This document shows, piece after piece, positions 28,696-37,877 of a stretch of DNA of 64,000 nucleotides. Every line of letters begins with the position of its first letter. Position 1 is the first letter of the stretch. A program made the position numbers and the translations under genes. The notes beneath the pieces were generated by a model. That model was not told the origin of the DNA and ran no database searches. It worked only from the letters and a program-made list of their open reading frames with translations. This DNA comes from Planctomycetota bacterium (GTDB lineage Bacteria; Planctomycetota; JAJSAM01; JAJVHW01): contig JAJVHW010000006.1 in the NCBI GenBank assembly GCA_022072415.1, forward strand, positions 4,958 to 68,957. The letters run 5' to 3'.

Positions 28696-29816
28696 CGCGG
28701 CGGCTCCGGCCGGCTTCCGAGGAGTTCGCGGTAGACCGCGAGGTTCCCCCCGACCATCGCGTCGATCGTGAACTTCCGCTCGACGTGCCGCCGCCCCTCG
28801 TCGGCGAGGCGGGCCGCGAGCGCGCGGTCCGCGAGCAGGCGCAGCACCGCCGCGGCGAGCGCGGCTGGGTCGCGCACGGGCACGGTGAGTCCGGTCTGTC
28901 CGTCCACGATCACTTCGGGGATTCCTCCCGCCGCCGAGCCGACACAGGGCCGCCGGAGCGCCAGCGCATCGAGCAGGCTCGTGCAGAGGCCCTCCAGCAC
29001 GCTGCACATCACGAAGACGTCGCAGCCGGCGAGGAGCGAGGGTACGTCGGTGCGGAACCCCGTGAAGACGATTCGGGACGCCACGCCGAGCGCCTCGGCC
29101 TCGGCGCGCACCTTCGGCAGGCACTCGCCCTCGCCCACGAGGACGATCCGCGCCTCGGGGTGGGCGGCCAGGATCGCCGGCGCCGCGCGCACGAGGAACT
29201 CCTGCGCCTTGTGCCAGCCGAACGCCGCCACGTCGAGGATCACGGGCGCGCCGCGCGGCATCCCGAACTCGGCCGCGTAGTCGTGCGGCGCGACGCCGTC
29301 GAAGCGCGCGAGGTCGATCCCCGAGTGGACGACGCGGATCCGCTCCGGCGGGATCCCGTCCTTCACCATCTGCGCGCGGATGCCCTCGCTGATCGCCACG
29401 TAGCGGTCCACGCCGAAGCGGTACTTGAACCACGAGAGCCGGAGCGCGTTCCGGTAGATCGTGAAGTCCACGCGGCGGGAGACGACGGTCTTCCCGATGC
29501 CGGCCGCCTTCGCCGCGAGCACGCCCAGCGTGTGGGCATGGCTCGTGTGCATGTGGATCACGTCGGGGCGGAACGAACGGAAGACGCGGCGGAGGCGGAG
29601 CACGCCGGCCGGGTCGGCCTCGCCCCGCGTCCGGACCTCGGCGACGTCGAGCCCCTTCGCGCGGCAGCGCTCGACGTACGGCATCCCCGGCTGCCCGACG
29701 CAGAGGTTCGTCACGCCGCGGCGTGCGAGTCCCTCGGCCAGGTAGAGCGCCTGCTGCTCGCCCCCGCGCCAGCCCTTCTCCGTGTCGATGTGGAGGACGC
29801 GGAGGGGGGCCGTCAC
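28692..29816 (-). CDS. Glycosyltransferase family 4
   Basis: VLHIDTEKGWRGGEQQ, EGLCTSLLDA, GGIPEVI. Confidence 0.92.
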   Translation of the reverse strand: MTAPLRVLHIDTEKGWRGGEQQALYLAEGLARRGVTNLCVGQPGMPYVERCRAKGLDVAEVRTRGEADPAGVLRLRRVFRSFRPDVIHMHTSHAHTLGVLAAKAAGIGKTVVSRRVDFTIYRNALRLSWFKYRFGVDRYVAISEGIRAQMVKDGIPPERIRVVHSGIDLARFDGVAPHDYAAEFGMPRGAPVILDVAAFGWHKAQEFLVRAAPAILAAHPEARIVLVGEGECLPKVRAEAEALGVASRIVFTGFRTDVPSLLAGCDVFVMCSVLEGLCTSLLDALALRRPCVGSAAGGIPEVIVDGQTGLTVPVRDPAALAAAVLRLLADRALAARLADEGRRHVERKFTIDAMVGGNLAVYRELLGSRPEPPR

Positions 29817-30931
29817 GCCGGCACCCCCGCCCCGGCGCGCGCGGCGTCGCGGTAGGCCTCGACGGTGCGGCGCGCCGTCTCCTTCCAGTCGAACTGCGCG
29901 GCGCGCGCGTGGCCGCGTCCGATCCACGCCTGCCGTTCGCCGCCGTCGACGAGCCGGAGCGCCGCCGCGGCGAGTTCCTCCTCCGAGTCGGGGTGCACGA
30001 GCACCGCGGCGCCGCCGCAGGTCCCCTCCGTGGCGGCCGCGCGGGCCGCGACGACCGGAGTCCCGCACGCCATCGCCTCGAGCACGGGGAGCCCGAAACC
30101 CTCGCCCTTCCCGGTGAAGCAGAACGCGACAGCCCCGGCGTAGAGCGCGGGGAGCTCGTCGTCGCCGACGTATCCCAGACGCTTCACGCGCGACGCCACG
30201 GGGAGCCCCTCCGCCGCGGCGAGCACGTCCTGCCCCCCCGTCTGCACCGGCCCCGCGAGCACCAGGTCGAGGTCGAGCCCGGGGCGCCGCGCGTGGATCG
30301 CGCCGAACGCGCGGACGAGAGGCATCAGGTTCTTCCGGGCGGAGATCTGCCCCACGAAGAGCAGGTACGGCGACCGGAGCCCGTTCGCCTCGCGGACTCT
30401 CGCCACCGCCTCCGGCGTCTGCGGACGGAACGCCGCGCCGAGCCCGAGCGGCACGACGCGCGTGCGCGGCGCGGCCTCCGGGAACCGCCGGAGGAACGCG
30501 TCCCGCGTGTAGTCGGAGATGCAGAGGATCACGGCCGCGCGGCGCGCCACGTCGGCGAGCGCCCGCTCCTTCGTGCGGCGGAACTTCTCGTCGGCGATCC
30601 CCGGGAGCTCGAGGGCGGAGAGGTCGTGGACGGTGGACACGCAGGGGACCCGGCGGAACTTCGGGATGCGGAGGTCGGGCCCGTGGATCACGTCGAGGCC
30701 CCGCGGGCGGATCGGGATCGGACCGTCCTGGAACCAGCGCATGCGGAACCGCGCGTCCTCCGGCACGACCACGTGGGCCCGCCGCCCGAATCGGGAGATC
30801 CGGTAGAGGAGGTCGGCCCGGTCGTCCTCGCCGAGGACGGCCGGGAGCGCGTCCACGAGCGACGCGCAGTAGCGCGCGACCCCCGTGCGCTCGGCCTTCG
30901 CCACGCACGAGCAGTCGATGCCGATCCGCAT
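29813..30931 (-). CDS. Glycosyltransferase family 4 (MtfB-like)
   Basis: MRIGID...TGVARY, TVHDL, RKNL, EGFGLPVLEAMACGTPV. Confidence 0.93.
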   Translation of the reverse strand: MRIGIDCSCVAKAERTGVARYCASLVDALPAVLGEDDRADLLYRISRFGRRAHVVVPEDARFRMRWFQDGPIPIRPRGLDVIHGPDLRIPKFRRVPCVSTVHDLSALELPGIADEKFRRTKERALADVARRAAVILCISDYTRDAFLRRFPEAAPRTRVVPLGLGAAFRPQTPEAVARVREANGLRSPYLLFVGQISARKNLMPLVRAFGAIHARRPGLDLDLVLAGPVQTGGQDVLAAAEGLPVASRVKRLGYVGDDELPALYAGAVAFCFTGKGEGFGLPVLEAMACGTPVVAARAAATEGTCGGAAVLVHPDSEEELAAAALRLVDGGERQAWIGRGHARAAQFDWKETARRTVEAYRDAARAGAGVPA

Positions 30932-31011
30932 CGGGCCGATTGTCCGCAACGGACCCCGAAACCGCGCCTTTGAACCCGACGCGAGTAGGATCGGCCGCTC
31001 TGGGCGACCCC

Positions 31012-31629
31012 GTGGTTCCGTCGGCAGAGGACGTCGAGCGCGCCACCGTCGCGACGCTCGGGAAGCAGGGCGCGTTCCGGCCCACGGTGAGGCTCGTCGA
31101 GGCGGGCGGGGAGCGGCTCGTCGCCAAGGACTACCGCGCGTGCACGGCGCTCTACCGCTGGACGGTGGGCGCGTGGAACCTCGCGCGGGAGGAGTCGGCG
31201 CTCCGGCGGCTCGACGGGATCGACGGCATCCCGCGGTTCCGGGGGCGCGCGGGGCGGTGGATCCTCCTCATGGACTGGATCCGCGGCCGCGACCTCGGGA
31301 AGGTGCGCCGGTTCCGCCAGACGCCGGAGTTCTACGACCGTCTGATGGCCGTCGTGGCCGAGATGCACGCCCGCGGAGTCGTCCACCTGGACCTCCGTCA
31401 GCGCCGGAACATCCTCTTCCGCCCCGACGGCGCCCGGCCGGCGGTGCTCGACTTTGGCTCCGCTCTCTGTCTCCGTCCGGGGACACTCATGCATCGCTTC
31501 CTTTCGCGGATCGACCGCTCGGGAGTCCTCAAGTACAAGCGGCGGGCGCAGCCCGACGCGCTGTCCCCCGAGGAGGCACGGGCGTTGCGATCCGTGGAGA
31601 GGCGAAGGAAGTGGTGGCCGTTCAGTTGA
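31012..31629 (+). CDS. Kdo/RIO1-like kinase-fold protein
   Basis: LVAKDY, HARGVVHLDL...NIL, VLDFGSA. Start uncertain (30940-31012). Confidence 0.8.
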   Translation: MVPSAEDVERATVATLGKQGAFRPTVRLVEAGGERLVAKDYRACTALYRWTVGAWNLAREESALRRLDGIDGIPRFRGRAGRWILLMDWIRGRDLGKVRRFRQTPEFYDRLMAVVAEMHARGVVHLDLRQRRNILFRPDGARPAVLDFGSALCLRPGTLMHRFLSRIDRSGVLKYKRRAQPDALSPEEARALRSVERRRKWWPFS

Positions 31630-31693
31630 CTCCGCACGGAAGACCTGCGGGACGGCCGCCGCGACGTGATCCGCGTTCCGAGGAGGAACCCCG

Positions 31694-32953
31694 ATGCTGA
31701 CGCAGTCTCTCCCCCGCCGCGCGCCGCTCTGGCGCCGCGCCGCAGCGTACCTCGCCGTGTTCGCGGCCACCGTGCTCGGCGCCGGCCGGGCCCTGGCCGG
31801 CGACGCCGTGAAACTCCAGTTCGAGTTCATCGACGACCGCACGCAGATCAACGCCGCCGAGTCGATCGACGTGCAGATCGTCGGGATCGACGCGACCGGC
31901 GCGCGCGTCGGGTTCAAGGACCTCGAGGTGTCGGCCACGGGCGGCACGTTCACGGTCGTCCGCCAGCCCTTCTCCTGCCGCTACACGGCGCCCGCCGAGG
32001 GCACCGACCTCGCCGCGTACCGGCTCCGCGCGTGGCTGAAGGCCCGCCCGGAGGTGAGCGGCGAGGCGACGATCACCGTCATCCCGCCCCCCGCCTACAA
32101 GCGCCTCGCGATGACCGGACCGGGCACGACGCCCGCCGGGGCGTTCGTGGACCTCGACCTCCTCGGCGAGAACGCCGCGGGCCAGATGGTCGCCGCCGAC
32201 CCGGCCACCGTCAGCGTGAAGGTCGCCTCCGGCCCCGGCACGATCACGCTGGTCAAGCCCGGGCGCTACAGGCTCGCGACCGAGGTGAAGGACACCGGCA
32301 CGTCGCGCGTCGTCGCGTCGCTGGTGCGCCACCCGTCGATCCAGTCCACCGTGGACGTGGTCGTGACCGGCGCGGCCACGCCGCAGCCCCAGCCCCAGCC
32401 GCAGCCCCTCCCGGTTCCTCCGCCGACCGGCGGCTCGGGATCCTCCGGCGGCGGCACGCCCCCGGCCCCGCCCGCCGGGGGCGGCGCAGGCGGCGGCACG
32501 AAGCCCGTCGACCCGCCGAAGCCGGTGGACAAGAACGACGTCGTCTGGCCGAGCGGCAACATCCGCATCGGCGCGTGGCGCACCATGGCCGCGGGCGACG
32601 CCGACTGGAGCGACTCAGAGAAGTCGATGCCGAAGCCTGCCGGCGAGTTCGTCGCGCGGAAGGACAAGCAGAAGCTCCGCATCGTGATCGAGCGGAAGGA
32701 CACGATCAAGGTCGAGCTCGAGGAGTGGATCGGCGACAAGAAGGGCGCGGACGTGAAGCGCCTCGACCCGACCAAGGACGGCCGCTTCCAGCTCGAGCGG
32801 AACAAGAAGGACCAGTACGTCATCCACTTCGAGGCGGCTCCGCCGGACAACGGGAAGCCCCTGAACCTGGCGATCCTCCTGACCTTCGCGGACAACAAGA
32901 TCGCCCGCGAGGAGATCGTCCTGCGCCGCGACGCGCCGGAGCCGAAGAAGTAG
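31694..32953 (+). CDS. Secreted beta-rich (Ig-like) hypothetical protein with Pro/Gly linker
   Basis: GAGGAGG RBS, signal peptide ending ALA, strong codon bias. Confidence 0.8.
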   Translation: MLTQSLPRRAPLWRRAAAYLAVFAATVLGAGRALAGDAVKLQFEFIDDRTQINAAESIDVQIVGIDATGARVGFKDLEVSATGGTFTVVRQPFSCRYTAPAEGTDLAAYRLRAWLKARPEVSGEATITVIPPPAYKRLAMTGPGTTPAGAFVDLDLLGENAAGQMVAADPATVSVKVASGPGTITLVKPGRYRLATEVKDTGTSRVVASLVRHPSIQSTVDVVVTGAATPQPQPQPQPLPVPPPTGGSGSSGGGTPPAPPAGGGAGGGTKPVDPPKPVDKNDVVWPSGNIRIGAWRTMAAGDADWSDSEKSMPKPAGEFVARKDKQKLRIVIERKDTIKVELEEWIGDKKGADVKRLDPTKDGRFQLERNKKDQYVIHFEAAPPDNGKPLNLAILLTFADNKIAREEIVLRRDAPEPKK

Positions 32954-32974
32954 ACCCCGCTCCCGTCCGCACCC

Positions 32975-33009
32975 GGCGGCCCGCGACCCCTCCCGGGGTC
33001 CGGGCCGCC
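32975..33009 (+). terminator. GC-rich hairpin, terminator-like
   Basis: GGCGGCCCG-c-GACCCC/TCCC/GGGGTC-CGGGCCGCC just after the stop; no U-tract. Confidence 0.5.
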
Positions 33010-33045
33010 TCGATTCCGAGGGGCAGGACCCGCCCGCGCCGGGGG

Positions 33046-33062
33046 TTGGCACGAACCGTGCA
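33046..33062 (+). promoter_or_regulatory. Putative sigma54 -24/-12 promoter
   Basis: TTGGCACG-AACC-GTGCA (GG-N10-GC), 87 nt upstream of ATG 33150. Confidence 0.6.
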
Positions 33063-33149
33063 ACCGGAACTTGGGTGGGGACGTCCCACTTCCGATAGAG
33101 TGTCCGTCCTCCGGAACTCGGACAGACCCCTCACAAGGAGGCCTGAGAG

Positions 33150-34100
33150 ATGCGTTCGATGATGGTTGCGGCAGCCACGGCGCTGCTGACGTTCGCCGCC
33201 GGCGCCGCGCTGGCCGGCAAGGGCGACAAGGCGGAACCGAAGATCACGGTCCGCTTCGCCAAGTCCTGGGACACGGCGGTCGCCGAGGCGAAGGAGCTGA
33301 ACCTGCCGCTGATCGTCCACAGCCACGGCTTCTATTGAAACCCCTGCTGGGGGATGCACGGTGCCGTGCTCCAGAACGAAGACTACATCAGCTTCTCCAA
33401 CGAGAACACTGTCGAGGTGCTCGCCCTCGGGCGGCTCGACGAGGGCATCCAGAAGAACGACCCCCGCGCCGCCGAGTACGACGCGAAGGACGCCGACGGG
33501 AAGCCCGTGAAGTACATGGTGAGCTGGCCCGGACTCACGAAGGAGGAGATCTTCGCGCTCAACTCCTCGAAGGCCGGCTCCTACAACAACACCGGCGGCA
33601 TCCCGTTCACGTGCGTGGTCAACCCGCACGACGAGAAGGAGATGCAGCGGTGGCAGGGCGGCCAGTCGGCGAAGACGATCATGGAGGCCGTCGCCACCCA
33701 CAAGAAGACGATCAACGCCCAGTTCGGCCCGAGCCTCTCGCGCGGGACGATCAAGAAGATCGAGGAGGAGGGGAAGAAGATCGCCGCCTCCCTCGAGAAG
33801 GGCAACCTCGCGGCCGCGGCCGCCGACCTGAAGAAGCTCCAGAAGTCGGTGTCCGGGAAGGACGGCAAGGTCCCCGAGGGCCTGAAGCCGCGCCTCGGCA
33901 AGGTCGAGGACGCGCTCGTCGAGGCGATCGGCAAGGTGCTCGACGAGGCCGAGGGCCTCATCGGCACGGGTGACGCCGCGGGGGCGAAGAAGTCCCTCGC
34001 GAAGGTCGCCGCCGCCGCCAAGGGCACGTCCGCGGAAGCCCGCGTGAAGGAGCTCGAGGCGAAGATCAAGGAGATGGCTCCCGCCGAGCCCGCGAAGTAG
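33150..34100 (+). CDS. Secreted thioredoxin-fold selenoprotein (UxxC, Sec at codon 63, 316 aa)
   Basis: Two in-frame ORFs joined across TGA 33336-33338 give LIVHSHGFY-U-NPCWGM; cis-Pro-like GGIPFT; signal peptide; AAGGAGG RBS; SECIS downstream. Confidence 0.88.
33347..33374 (+). promoter_or_regulatory. Bacterial SECIS element
   Basis: GGA-(bulged T at +17)-GCACG/GTGC/CGTGC-TCC; loop G at +23 and T at +24 from the UGA. Confidence 0.8.
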
Positions 34101-34123
34101 TCCGTCGCTCCGTCGCGTACTCA

Positions 34124-34160
34124 GGGGCCCGTCTGCCGCGCTTCGCGGACGACGGGCCCC
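34124..34160. terminator. Hairpin between convergent genes
   Basis: GGGGCCCGTC..CCGCG/CTT/CGCGG..GACGGGCCCC. Confidence 0.6.
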
Positions 34161-34178
34161 GTTCGATTCCGGGCCGGG

Positions 34179-36668
34179 TCAGTCCTTCCCGCCGAACTTC
34201 TGCCCGGGCTCGCCGGAGATGCGAACGTTCGCGCCGGAGGGCACCGTCATCGCGGGGATCGTTCCGCCGAAGAGGATGCGCACGGCGCCGTTGCCCGACT
34301 CGGCGAGCGGCGATCCCGCGATCACGTCGCGGATGCCGTCGCCGTTCACGTCGATCGGCGGGAAGCCGAAGATCCCGAACTGTTCGCCCGCCGCGCCGAA
34401 GAAGCGCCGCCCCGTCGCCCACGACTGGCTCGCGGGGGAGTCGAACACGACGACGACGCCCGCATCGGCGTCGGCGCCGTTGTCGGCTCCGGGCGCGGTG
34501 GCGAGGACATCGGCGAGCCCGTCGCCCGTCACGTCGGCCGCGCCGATCGCGGCGCCGAGGTGGTCCCCCGCCGCCACGCCGAAGAACATGAAGTCCGCCG
34601 TCGAGGCTCCGGCCGACGCGAGGCCGTCCTCGCCCCGGAACCCGTAGATCCGCCCCGCCCCCGCGGCCGAGCCGCCCTGGTTGAACTCGACCGCGCCCAC
34701 CAGCAGGTCGGCGCGGCCGCCTCCCGTGACGTCGCCCACGGCGAGCGGGATCCCGAACCCCGAATCGGTCCCTTCGCCGGTGAGGATCACGTCGGCGGTG
34801 GACGCCGGGCGCGTCCCCGCGACGATGGGCCCCGCGAACACGTAGCACCTGCCGGTGGCGCCCGCCGTGTCGATCTGGTCCGCGCCGACGACCAGGTCCC
34901 TCGCGCCGCTCCCGATCAGGTCCCCCGACGCGATCGCCGCGCCGAAGAGGTCCGACGCGGCTTCGCCCGTCAGGATCACGTCGGCCGCGTCCGCGGTGGT
35001 GCTCGCGGTCAGCGGCCCGAAGAAGATCAGCACGGCGCCGTTCCCGGTCCCGGTCCGGTTGTTGGACTCGTCGCCCACGATCAGGTCGTCCACGCCGTCG
35101 CCGGTCACGTCGGCGATGTGCAACTGGTTCCCGAAGTTCGGGTCGGCCGCCGATCCCGTGATCTCGATGTCCGCGTCGCCCGACGCGCCGAACCCGGACT
35201 TCCCGAACAGGATGCCCACCGTCGCCGGCTGGCGCGCCGACACGGCGAGGTCTGCGACCCCGTCCCCGTCGAGGTCGCCGGACGCGACGAAGCGGCCCAG
35301 TTCGTCGCCCGGGGTCCCGTTCGTGAACTTCGGGCTCGCGGACGACGCCGACGTCGTCGCGGCGATCGTCCCGCCGCGGAACACGCTCACGCTGCCGCGG
35401 TCGCCGTTCTCCCCGGGCGAGCCGACGACGAGGTCGGCGAGCCCGTCTGCGTCGAGGTCCCAGTCCACGACGCCCCGCGGGCGGAACGCCTGGTAGGTGC
35501 TGAAGTGCGCGACCGGGAACGAGACGGTGCGGTTCACCGTGTCGAACACGAACGCCGCGGGCGGCGCGAGGACGACCTCGGTCACCTTGCCCTTCGCGTC
35601 GCGCACGAAGATCCGCAGGTCGTCGGTCGTCGTTCCGGGAGGGAGCGGGGCGTACGGGATCGTGACCGTGGCAGGCACGGCGAAGGACGTGCCCTCGGGC
35701 CCGAAGAACACCGCGGGTCCGCCGCCCGCGACGTCTTCCGCCTTCGGAGCCACGGCGGCGCCCGTGCCCACGATGATCCCGGTCGGAAGGGCGAGCGCGC
35801 CGCCGGGCACGTCCACCGACGCGCCGTCCACCGGCGACAGCGCGTCGTCCACCGCGACCATCCCGCCCTCCGCGCCGACGACGGCGCCGGTCGCGAGCGA
35901 CCCGTCGCCGGGCCCGAGCTTCCGGTCGGTGAGATCCACCCGCTTCGAGGTCTCCCGGGGCAGGGTCGCGGTCGCCGTCCCGGTGAACGGACCGCCCGCG
36001 CCCGCGTCGGCGACGAAGATGCGCCACGTCCCGGTGGAAGAGATCGTCCCGCGGCCGGAGTGCGACGTCGCGCCCTCGCGCGGCGGCGCGAAGATCGCGC
36101 CGCATCCGCCGTCGGAGCAGATCCTGTCGAGTCGCGGCAGCGATGCGCTCCCCTGCGCGCGCTTCACGACGAACGACACCTGCGTCCCCGCGGCGAACTC
36201 GAACGGGACCTCGACCTCGCCGCCGCTCGTGTCGCCTCCGAACGGCGTCTTCTTCGGGACGGACCACGACGCGGTGACGTCGTAGTCGCCGACGACGCCG
36301 TCGCCGGACACGACGATGCGGTACACGCCCGTCTCGGGCACCAAGCCGCTCCACGCCGCGCCGGTCGCGCCCTTCGGCGTCGTCGGCGTCGCGTCGGTGA
36401 GGTCCCCCGCCGTCGGCGCGACGATCTCGAACCCCGCCCGCGGTGCGGCCGGCGCGCCCTTCGCCTTCCGCCCCTTCACCGACACCTTGAGCGTCGCCCC
36501 TGCCGGGATCTCGATCCGGTACGTCTCGAACTCGGCCGCGGGGTTCAGCGTTCCGCGCGCCTTGAACCCGTTCCGCACGGCCACGTCCACGTCGGCGCGC
36601 GCAGACGCTGCGGCGACGAGGAGCGCAAGGTGCGACACGACGAGGACGGCGGAACGCGATCGAGTCAT
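34179..36668 (-). CDS. Secreted FG-GAP (integrin alpha-like) repeat protein with ZU5-like domain
   Basis: Signal peptide; VDVPGGAL...FGPEGTSFAVPATVTIPY; repeated FG...GDxxGDGxxDLxVGA. Confidence 0.88.
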   Translation of the reverse strand: MTRSRSAVLVVSHLALLVAAASARADVDVAVRNGFKARGTLNPAAEFETYRIEIPAGATLKVSVKGRKAKGAPAAPRAGFEIVAPTAGDLTDATPTTPKGATGAAWSGLVPETGVYRIVVSGDGVVGDYDVTASWSVPKKTPFGGDTSGGEVEVPFEFAAGTQVSFVVKRAQGSASLPRLDRICSDGGCGAIFAPPREGATSHSGRGTISSTGTWRIFVADAGAGGPFTGTATATLPRETSKRVDLTDRKLGPGDGSLATGAVVGAEGGMVAVDDALSPVDGASVDVPGGALALPTGIIVGTGAAVAPKAEDVAGGGPAVFFGPEGTSFAVPATVTIPYAPLPPGTTTDDLRIFVRDAKGKVTEVVLAPPAAFVFDTVNRTVSFPVAHFSTYQAFRPRGVVDWDLDADGLADLVVGSPGENGDRGSVSVFRGGTIAATTSASSASPKFTNGTPGDELGRFVASGDLDGDGVADLAVSARQPATVGILFGKSGFGASGDADIEITGSAADPNFGNQLHIADVTGDGVDDLIVGDESNNRTGTGNGAVLIFFGPLTASTTADAADVILTGEAASDLFGAAIASGDLIGSGARDLVVGADQIDTAGATGRCYVFAGPIVAGTRPASTADVILTGEGTDSGFGIPLAVGDVTGGGRADLLVGAVEFNQGGSAAGAGRIYGFRGEDGLASAGASTADFMFFGVAAGDHLGAAIGAADVTGDGLADVLATAPGADNGADADAGVVVVFDSPASQSWATGRRFFGAAGEQFGIFGFPPIDVNGDGIRDVIAGSPLAESGNGAVRILFGGTIPAMTVPSGANVRISGEPGQKFGGKD

Positions 36669-36710
36669 CGGAGACCTCCCGGCTGCGCCGGAGTCTATCC
36701 GACCGGCGCT

Positions 36711-37877
36711 CTACGCAGTCCCGGCGGCCCGCTTTCCGAGGATCACCTCGTAGAACGCCTCGATCCGCCGCGCCTGGAGCGCGAGTCCGTAGCGGCGGTG
36801 CGCGATGTCGTGGGCCGACGCGGAGAGCCGCTCGCGGAAGGAGGCGTCCTCGGCGAGGCGGATCAGCGCGGACGCGAGTTCGTCGGGGGAATCGCCGACG
36901 AGGATCCCGTTCACGCCGTCCTCGATCAGGTCCACGAGGTGCCCGCGGCGCGCGGCGACGACGGGCACGCCCATCGCGAGCGCCTCGCGCGCGGCGCGGC
37001 ACGAGCCGTCGCTCCCGGGGACGAGGTACACCTTCGCGTGCATGCAGCGGAGGGTCGCCACGTACTCCGACCCGCGACGGTAGCCCGTGAAGATCGCCTT
37101 GCCCTGGAGGTCCTTCCGCGCGGCCGGCTTCACCGCGACCTCGTCCATCCACGTCCCGCGTCCGACGAGCAGGATCTTCATGCGCGGCACGCGCCGCGCG
37201 ACCTGCGTCATCGCCTCGAAGAACACCTCGAACCGGCGGTGACGCTGCATGCGCGCGACGATCCCGACGACGAAGTCCTCCGGCTCGATCCCGTAGTCCT
37301 TCCGGAGGTCCGGGAGCCCCTTCGCCCGGGGGTTGAAGCGGCGGAGGTCCACCGCGCCGTCCACCCAGATCGCGCGCTCCTCCTCCAGGCCGAACCGCTG
37401 GACCACGGAGTTCCGCACGCGCTCGCTGATGGCGACGACGCCCGCGCATCCGCCGCGGAGGAGGGTCTTCGTGTCCTTCGTGACCGGCGGCGGATCGCCG
37501 TCGTAGAGCGAACGGACGATCGGGATCCCGAGCCCCTCGGCCGCGCCGAGCGCGATGCGGTGGTCGTTCGGGAGGTGGCAGTGGATGACGTCGGGGCGGT
37601 GCTTCCTCAGCCACGCGCGGAGCGCGCGGCGGTCGAGGGCGTCCCAGATGGGGTTCCGGTGCTTGCCGAGGCGGAGCACGAGCCGCGGCTCGAGCCCGCG
37701 GCGGCGGGCCTCGTCGGCCACGTCGTTCGGGAGCGGCTCCACCTCGCGCCCGCAGAGGAACTCCACCGTGTGCCCGCGCTGGCGGAGCTGCGCCGCGAGG
37801 TTCACGGCCGGCTCCGCCGGACCGGTCCACTTCCAGTTCGCGAAGAGATGCAGGATGCGCAAGACGTGGATCCTCAC
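36711..37877 (-). CDS. Glycosyltransferase family 4
   Basis: RILHLFANWKWTGPAEP, REALAMGVPVV, LIEDGVNGIL; GTGA overlap. Confidence 0.88.
   Translation of the reverse strand: MRIHVLRILHLFANWKWTGPAEPAVNLAAQLRQRGHTVEFLCGREVEPLPNDVADEARRRGLEPRLVLRLGKHRNPIWDALDRRALRAWLRKHRPDVIHCHLPNDHRIALGAAEGLGIPIVRSLYDGDPPPVTKDTKTLLRGGCAGVVAISERVRNSVVQRFGLEEERAIWVDGAVDLRRFNPRAKGLPDLRKDYGIEPEDFVVGIVARMQRHRRFEVFFEAMTQVARRVPRMKILLVGRGTWMDEVAVKPAARKDLQGKAIFTGYRRGSEYVATLRCMHAKVYLVPGSDGSCRAAREALAMGVPVVAARRGHLVDLIEDGVNGILVGDSPDELASALIRLAEDASFRERLSASAHDIAHRRYGLALQARRIEAFYEVILGKRAAGTA

Noticed and set aside
33066..33095. GGAACTT ECF/sigmaE-like -35 upstream of the selenoprotein gene
   Set aside because: No -10 at canonical spacing; the sigma54 match is better.
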